A DNA stretch of 64,000 nt from Gammaproteobacteria bacterium (lineage in GTDB: Bacteria; Pseudomonadota; Gammaproteobacteria; SZUA-140). This document shows positions 58,193 to 64,000 of the stretch, piece by piece. Position 1 is the first letter of the stretch; each line of letters opens with the position of its first letter. The notes beneath the pieces are model-generated. The model was not told the DNA's origin. It did not search any database and saw only the letters and a list, made by a program, of their open reading frames with translations. The stretch covers positions 12,300-76,299 of the forward strand of contig WFNO01000122.1 of NCBI GenBank assembly GCA_015488555.1, given 5' to 3'. Made by a program: the position numbers and the translations under genes.

Positions 58193-59239
58193 TCAGGCTT
58201 CTTTCTCGATCAGATTGAAACGCAACAGGGTCTTTTTCACAGCCCACCAGCTCACCCCAAAGACCACCAGGGTAACCACGATGTCAAACATGGAAGTCAT
58301 GGGATAGTGGTAATACTGCGGATCGATAGAACCAGCGATCCAGGTATAACGCTCAATCCAGGTCCCCAGGACGATGGAAAAAGCCACCATCGTAATGATC
58401 ACCGGATTGTGGCGGTTGGGCGTGATCACCAGAGTACAGAAGGGGATGATGAACTTGAGTGTCAGGAAGGTCCACCACAACGGACCGAAACCTTCGTACA
58501 TCATGTTGTCAAAACGATACATCTCCTCGGGCAGGCGGCCATACCACATAATGAGATACTGGGTGAAGTAGAGATAGGTCCAGAGAATGGTCATAGCCAG
58601 CATGAACTGGGCCATGTAATTGAAAATGTAGTGCTGGAAAGGCTTGGTCAACCTGCCAGAGCGGTGAAGAAAAAATAAGAATATGGTGAAGGCAGCCAAA
58701 AACATATGGAAATTGCTCTGAAAATGATAGGCGGCATAGCTGGCACTGTGCCAATTGGGCGTCATGGTCATCTCGAAGTCCCAAGCCACCATGGAACCAT
58801 AGATGAAATAGGCGAAGGGAATCAGCAGAGCGATGTTACGAAACCGGCGCTGCACCACTGGCGATGAATCCACTTCGCTCAAGTACTGGTACTTGATAAA
58901 CAAGCCATAAAGCACCGCGACGATGATGAAACCAATAATCTGGCGCCAAACCAGAAAGGTGTAGTTATGCCAGCCGGGCAGGTGGTGCTCGCCTTCACCG
59001 GAATGGGCATCGGCCAGCCACTGGAAAGTGGCTTCACCATTGGCGAGCAGAATCAACAGCAGGACTCCAGCGATGGGAAACAAGACCGCAAAAGAGCAGG
59101 CCAGATGACGCACTTGAAAACGCCATTTGCCGTTGACCAGATGGAGTACGGACGAAAAGGTCACCCCTCCCAAGGCCAGATACAGGATGATCAGGAAATT
59201 CGTCGTCAATACCGACCAACTACCGAAATTTTCTTCCAT
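58193..59239 (-). CDS. actF: Alternative complex III subunit F (NrfD-like membrane protein)
   Basis: Multi-TM; WDFEMTMTPNWHS, WTYLYFTQYLIMWYGRLPEE; last gene of the act run. Confidence 0.88.
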   Translation of the reverse strand: MEENFGSWSVLTTNFLIILYLALGGVTFSSVLHLVNGKWRFQVRHLACSFAVLFPIAGVLLLILLANGEATFQWLADAHSGEGEHHLPGWHNYTFLVWRQIIGFIIVAVLYGLFIKYQYLSEVDSSPVVQRRFRNIALLIPFAYFIYGSMVAWDFEMTMTPNWHSASYAAYHFQSNFHMFLAAFTIFLFFLHRSGRLTKPFQHYIFNYMAQFMLAMTILWTYLYFTQYLIMWYGRLPEEMYRFDNMMYEGFGPLWWTFLTLKFIIPFCTLVITPNRHNPVIITMVAFSIVLGTWIERYTWIAGSIDPQYYHYPMTSMFDIVVTLVVFGVSWWAVKKTLLRFNLIEKEA

Positions 59240-59333
59240 TGTTTCCCTCGCTGCTCTTCAATTCTGGAGTTTCATGGCAATTCGCACGCGGTCACCTGAT
59301 AAACTTGTCCGCTTTCCCGTTTCGATGCCCGCA

Positions 59334-59891
59334 TCACTCCGTTGCCGAAGCAGTGCGGGTAGCCGCCTGCGCATCTTTCACTAGCCCGTGCTTGACATAG
59401 TTGACCACGTGCCAGCGCTCCTCCACTGTCAGGTCGTTGCCACCACGCAAGTCTTCTCGCCCAGTAGGTTTACCGTAGGCGGGCATGACGAAGCTACCAA
59501 AAGTGATGGTGCCAAAGATCCAACCCTCGGTCAGGGTTTCCTGCACGTAACTATCTACCAAGCTGATGGCACCAATCTTACTAGCCACGGGCGAATCGGC
59601 CTTGCCGGTCAAGCCGTGACAGGCCGCACAATAGATCTTGTACAACACGCGGCCTTTGTCCAGAGACTCGGCGCTCACAGGAATGGGATTTTTCAAGTCC
59701 CGGGATTCTTCGCGATTGGAAACGGGGGTGGGGACACCCATTACCGGGATGGAACGCGCTGGGAAGGGTGCCATCTCCCCTTCCTGGGGTTTGATACTGG
59801 GCTGGTTCATCATGTCTGTAGACCACGGCCAGGCCAGCGCCAAACTGGGCACCCCCAGGGCCAACAACAACGATATGCACAGTTTTTTCAT
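59334..59891 (-). CDS. actE: Alternative complex III monoheme subunit E
   Basis: Signal peptide, DMMNQPSIKPQE, CAACH, MPAY, ERWHVVNYV. Confidence 0.9.
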   Translation of the reverse strand: MKKLCISLLLALGVPSLALAWPWSTDMMNQPSIKPQEGEMAPFPARSIPVMGVPTPVSNREESRDLKNPIPVSAESLDKGRVLYKIYCAACHGLTGKADSPVASKIGAISLVDSYVQETLTEGWIFGTITFGSFVMPAYGKPTGREDLRGGNDLTVEERWHVVNYVKHGLVKDAQAATRTASATE

Positions 59892-60418
59892 TATTTGATA
59901 ACCTCTTCCCGGATTTCCAAGGCCTGATGCTCGTTGAACAGCTCCTTCAGGGGCTCGATGTACTTTTCTTCCACCTCGAGTTCGATCCCCACTTGGTCCA
60001 GGGTCACCTTTTCACTGTACAGGCTCTTGCGTCGGCGAAACAGGCGGGCCCCCAAAATGAACCCCACCAGGGTGAACAGCACACCGAACAAGATGAGCAT
60101 CTCGTAGACGAGCACGAAATTGGTGGGCAGCGGCACTACCGGTTTGCCCCCCTGTGGCTGTACCAGGAAAGTCGCCTGGGCTGAGGTCAGGAACAGAAAA
60201 CCAAAGGTCATACCGAACAATGCACCGACCAGGGTGAATTTGGGCACATGGCATGGGCGCTCGCCCAGCACTTCTTCGATCTCTGGGTGTTCGATGGGCG
60301 AGATCACCGTTACATCGTCTACGGACACTCCCGGCACCTTGTAGTGGCGGATGTCCGAGACAGCAGCAAAGGCCTCGTCAAAATTGCTGAACAACGCCAG
60401 TATACGACCCTTTCTCAT
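59891..60418 (-). CDS. actD: Alternative complex III subunit D (DUF3341)
   Basis: SPIEH, two TMs around GGKP..P...YEMLILF. Confidence 0.88.
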   Translation of the reverse strand: MRKGRILALFSNFDEAFAAVSDIRHYKVPGVSVDDVTVISPIEHPEIEEVLGERPCHVPKFTLVGALFGMTFGFLFLTSAQATFLVQPQGGKPVVPLPTNFVLVYEMLILFGVLFTLVGFILGARLFRRRKSLYSEKVTLDQVGIELEVEEKYIEPLKELFNEHQALEIREEVIK

Positions 60419-60420
60419 AA

Positions 60421-61872
60421 CTACGCTCCCTCCAATCCAGGCGTTCCGGGTGATCCTTGGCCGCCTGCCTGCCCGCTAGCAGGCTGAGCGGTCGGTTTGG
60501 GATCGGTGGCTCGGCGGTGCATGACCGCAGCAATCTCCTTGTTGGCGATGTGACGCCGGTGAAAGATCATTTCCTTCACTTCATACATGGAGACCGACGG
60601 GATCACCTTGACGAAGATCAGGAACAACAGACCAAACCAGCCGAAGCTGCCCAAGACGATGAACCACTGTACCCAGTTGGCCCACATGACGTCGAATGCG
60701 AAGGGATGATAGGCCATAGACAGGGTGGGGGCTACGATCATCCAACGCTCTAACCACATGCCCACGTTGAGCAATATGGAGACCACGAACATAACGGGGA
60801 TATTGGTGCGCATTTTCTCGAAGGCCATGACGAAAGGCAGCACCGATCCCAGGATCAACATCGCCCAAAAATATGGCGAATACGGTCCTGTGAACTTGGC
60901 GATGAGCAGCTCCTTGGCCACCGCATCGTGACCGTACCACACGGAAGCGAACTCGATTAGGTTCAGGTAGGTCCAGACCATGGCGATGGCAAAAGTCAGC
61001 TTGCAGGTCTTGTCCAAGATGGGCAAGGTCATGTAGTCCTCGAAGCGGAAGAAATACCGCAAGAGGATGAACAGGGTGATAATCGCAGCACAGCCTGAAT
61101 ACAAGGCACCAGCCACGAAGTACGGCGGGAAAGTGGTCACGTGCCAGCCAGGCATGATGGACATGGCGAAATCCGAGGAGACGATGGAATGCACGGACAC
61201 CGCCAGCGGAATCAGAAAACAGGCCATGATGAGATAGGTCTTGCGGAAATTGCGCCATTGCCGGTCATCTCCACGCCAGCCCAGCGACAAGATGGTATAG
61301 AGCTTCTTGCGCCAGCCAGTGGCGCTGTCACGGCAGATGGCCAGATCGGGAATAGAACCGATGTACAGAAACAATGCTGAAGAAGTGAGATAGGTAAAGA
61401 TGGCGAAGGCGTCCCACACCAGCGGTGAGCGGAAGTTGGGCCAGATTCCGCGATCGCTGAAATAGGGCAACACCCAATACATGTTCCACAACCGTCCCAG
61501 ATGGATGACCGGGAACAGTCCTGCGGTCATCAAGGTGAAGGTGGTCATGGCTTCGGCGAAGCGATAGATGGGTTTACGCCAGTCAGCCTGGGTAATGTGG
61601 AGAATGGCCGACAACAGGGTGCCAGAATGGCTCATGCCAATCCAGAAGATGAAGGTAGCGATATAGAGATCCCACATGTGGGGCCAGTTGAGCTTGCCCA
61701 CGCCCATGCCCACACGGTACTGATAGATTTCAGCGATGATGGCCAGAGCCAGCAACAACAAACAGACCCCTACGGCCAGCCAGTAGCCCATACGAGGATT
61801 CTCCATGGAGCGGAGCACGTCCTCGTTGATCTTCGCCCATCGTATATCTTCGTTGATGTCTTTGCTCTGCAT
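60421..61872 (-). CDS. actC: Alternative complex III quinol-binding subunit C (NrfD/PsrC family)
   Basis: FWIGMSHSGTLLSA, IHLGRLW, NFRSPLVWD, SVHSIVSSDFA, PPYFVAGA. Confidence 0.95.
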   Translation of the reverse strand: MQSKDINEDIRWAKINEDVLRSMENPRMGYWLAVGVCLLLLALAIIAEIYQYRVGMGVGKLNWPHMWDLYIATFIFWIGMSHSGTLLSAILHITQADWRKPIYRFAEAMTTFTLMTAGLFPVIHLGRLWNMYWVLPYFSDRGIWPNFRSPLVWDAFAIFTYLTSSALFLYIGSIPDLAICRDSATGWRKKLYTILSLGWRGDDRQWRNFRKTYLIMACFLIPLAVSVHSIVSSDFAMSIMPGWHVTTFPPYFVAGALYSGCAAIITLFILLRYFFRFEDYMTLPILDKTCKLTFAIAMVWTYLNLIEFASVWYGHDAVAKELLIAKFTGPYSPYFWAMLILGSVLPFVMAFEKMRTNIPVMFVVSILLNVGMWLERWMIVAPTLSMAYHPFAFDVMWANWVQWFIVLGSFGWFGLLFLIFVKVIPSVSMYEVKEMIFHRRHIANKEIAAVMHRRATDPKPTAQPASGQAGGQGSPGTPGLEGA

Positions 61873-61937
61873 CTTCTATCCCAAAAATGTTCGAAGTTCA
61901 GGAATTGTTGTAGTGTCAAACCCCAGATCGTGGTGCT

Positions 61938-62810
61938 TTAGACCTCCCGCACCCGTTCCAGATACATCACGCAGGGTTCAGTGTTCAGCTTCTCGAATAC
62001 ACGATAGCCCCGCAGCTCCGGATTCTGTTTGGTCTGCTTGGTCTTACCCAGCTCCACTTGATGGGCGCGCCACAGATTGGCTACTTCAGTCTCGCCCACA
62101 CCCCCTCCCGGTGTATGTAAGGTGAGCAAATCGCCAAAGACAATAGCTCCCGTGGGACAAGTCTGGGCGCAGGCGGGCAGGAACTCCCCGTCCCGCACCT
62201 TACGATTCTCGCGCCGCGCCTTGTCCTTGGCGGCACGGATGCGCTGCACGCAGAAGGTACATTTTTCCATCACCCCCTTGTCACGCACGGTGAGGTCCGG
62301 ATTCAACTGCATGTGCAAGGGCTCCGGCCAGGAAGATTCGTAATAGGAGAAGAAGTTGAAAAATCGTAGGCGATAAGGGCAGTTATTGGAACAGTAGCGA
62401 GAACCGATGCAGCGGTTGTAGACCTGGGCGTTGAGCCCGTCCGGCGTATGGTAGGTGGCTGCCACCGGACATACGGGTTCGCAGGTGGCGGCATTGCAAT
62501 TCTGGCACATGAACGGGATGAAACTGGCCCCATGATGATTGAATTCCTGCACCCGATCTTCGCCCAGATCGGGCTCGTCCCAATAACGCTCGATACGCAT
62601 CCAATGCATAGCCTGGCCATCGTAGAATTTCTGTTCTCCCACCACCGCCAAGTTGTTCTCAGCATAGCAGGCCACAGCGCAGGCATTACAGCCGATACAC
62701 TTGTTGAGATCGACCGCCATACCCCACATGTGCTCGTAGTCATGGAAACCGCCTTCTTCGATGCCCTTGCGGTACCTGGACCAGTCCGTGAAAAGATTCT
62801 TCAGCGACAT
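61938..62810 (-). CDS. actB2: Alternative complex III Fe-S subunit B2
   Basis: WGMAVDLNKCIGCNAC, CQNC..CEPVCP, NRCIGSRYCSNNCPY, EKCTFC..CAQTCP. Confidence 0.92.
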   Translation of the reverse strand: MSLKNLFTDWSRYRKGIEEGGFHDYEHMWGMAVDLNKCIGCNACAVACYAENNLAVVGEQKFYDGQAMHWMRIERYWDEPDLGEDRVQEFNHHGASFIPFMCQNCNAATCEPVCPVAATYHTPDGLNAQVYNRCIGSRYCSNNCPYRLRFFNFFSYYESSWPEPLHMQLNPDLTVRDKGVMEKCTFCVQRIRAAKDKARRENRKVRDGEFLPACAQTCPTGAIVFGDLLTLHTPGGGVGETEVANLWRAHQVELGKTKQTKQNPELRGYRVFEKLNTEPCVMYLERVREV

Positions 62811-64000
62811 CACGCGCCTCCTTCTGTACGCTCAAAGACATCCGCCGTCACAGTAGCGACAATCTTGCGACCCAGCTGAGACTCGCTGCCGCCCAACTTG
62901 ACGAACAGCTCCTTGCGCTCGGTGCGAGCCACTTGAACCGACGTGGCCACCGCGGCCAATTCCCCGGTCTTGGCGTCCGTCACCGGCTTGATAATCTTCA
63001 AGGGATTGACGCCGCGCCCTTTGGCATAGCGCCCATAGGCCTCATGCCCCTGGCCCATGGGCACGGCAATCGCATCGGGATGGATGCCTTTATATACATA
63101 GACGTTGGCCTCGATGGTTCCTTCCGGTGAGGTGATGCGCACGGCATCACCGGTCTTGACGCCCAGCTTGCGGGCGGTTCGGGGGTGCAATTCAGCCCAA
63201 GAGTTCCACACCACTTTGGTGATCTGATCCGGAGCCTCCTGTAACCAGGGAATGTTGGCATGACGCCCGTCCCACATACCCAAGCGAGCGGCAGGTATGA
63301 GGCGCAGACCGGACTCACCGCCACCCTGTGGCACCTCGATGTCGGCCACTTTGACAGTGAGTCGTCCCTCACCCACAGGCACCTTGACCACGCCCTTCTG
63401 CAAGGCAGCGACCCAGAAGTCCTCGTCCCCAGCTCCATTCTTGAGCACGCTCGGCAGGGCAGTGAAAGCGGCGCGCAGATAAGCGTAGTAATCCGCATAG
63501 TCTTGATAGCCGGGCGCCTGGTACATCTTGAGCAGGCTCAGAAGGATGTCCCCGAAACCGCGGGTCTCCGGATAGAGCGGCTCCATGAGTGGCTGCTGGA
63601 TGCTGATCACAGCCTCTGTACCCTGATAAGCTGGCACGTGGGTACCCCAATCTTCCAGCGGCGAGCGTAGCGGCAGGACTAGATCAGCCGCCAACGTGGT
63701 CTCATCCTGGAACATGGACAGGGCCACCTTGAACCCGACACCCTTCAGCTTGCCGGCCAGATCCAATCCCTTGGGCGCGGCATAGACGGGATTGGCCCCA
63801 CGGAAGAACACCACGTCATACCGCTGCTCCTCCAAGGCCCGTGCAAAGTCCAACAGGGCGCGACTGTCGCCACTGCGCGCCACCAGCTGGGGGAAGGGAA
63901 AGTCGCCAGCCGATTCGATAGTCTCGCCCACATTGCCCAGGATGACGTTGAGCAACATGATGGCCGAGACGATCTCGTAGCCCTGCTCGTGTCCTTCGGC
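62810..64000 (-). CDS. actB1: Alternative complex III molybdopterin-oxidoreductase-fold subunit B1 (5'-truncated by the window edge)
   Basis: DETTLAADLVLP..LEDWG, QQPLMEPLY, DGRHANIPWLQEAPD.ITK..W, AVPMGQGH. Confidence 0.88.
   Translation of the reverse strand, partial: AEGHEQGYEIVSAIMLLNVILGNVGETIESAGDFPFPQLVARSGDSRALLDFARALEEQRYDVVFFRGANPVYAAPKGLDLAGKLKGVGFKVALSMFQDETTLAADLVLPLRSPLEDWGTHVPAYQGTEAVISIQQPLMEPLYPETRGFGDILLSLLKMYQAPGYQDYADYYAYLRAAFTALPSVLKNGAGDEDFWVAALQKGVVKVPVGEGRLTVKVADIEVPQGGGESGLRLIPAARLGMWDGRHANIPWLQEAPDQITKVVWNSWAELHPRTARKLGVKTGDAVRITSPEGTIEANVYVYKGIHPDAIAVPMGQGHEAYGRYAKGRGVNPLKIIKPVTDAKTGELAAVATSVQVARTERKELFVKLGGSESQLGRKIVATVTADVFERTEGGA

Noticed and set aside
62810..64000. 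Catalytic molybdoenzyme such as a polysulfide or DMSO reductase
   Set aside because: The actC-D-E-F context and the DGRHAN.PWLQE.PD motif fit the ActB scaffold; the N-terminus is outside the window, so cofactor binding cannot be judged
1..64000. CRISPR array, integrase, transposase or prophage genes
   Set aside because: No regularly spaced repeat-spacer array and no such protein motifs were seen; the repeats found are short tandem duplications or the dispersed 143-bp element

Overview
This GC-rich window is probably from a Gammaproteobacterium (inferred from System I ccm genes, crp/vfr and the trp-crp-osmC-speD-coq7-rplM-rpsI synteny). It has three blocks. (1) 0.3-41.4 kb, next to the 3' end of tRNA-Gln(CUG), is a c-type cytochrome / extracellular electron transfer region. 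Its core is two porins followed by a minus-strand 14-gene run: an OmcE-like tetraheme cytochrome, a PPIase, a large beta-barrel, three triheme c7-type cytochromes, a lipoprotein with a likely type-1 copper site, two NHL propellers, an 11-heme cytochrome, ResB/CcsA, a TPR protein and DsbA. This run resembles the Uet cluster of Ca. Tenderia/Gallionellaceae. The block also holds an orphan NarL-type regulator, a MoxR-VWA-Bat operon, a complete ccmABCDEFGHI operon with TlpA, a monoheme cytochrome, two exported beta-propellers and a c-heme/PAS/GGDEF/EAL sensor. (2) 41.6-58.1 kb is housekeeping: tRNA-Gln, rpsI, rplM, ferredoxin, a GlcF-like protein, coq7, speD, osmC, crp, trpCDGE, gph and rpe. (3) 58.2-64 kb is an Alternative Complex III operon with split ActB, cut by the window edge. 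A ~143-bp ERIC-like/MITE repeat occurs three times. The best candidate for a new system is an OmcE-type cytochrome nanowire with its own assembly/export machinery and a blue-copper lipoprotein, outside Geobacter. Family calls rest on motifs read by eye and on recall; no searches were run.
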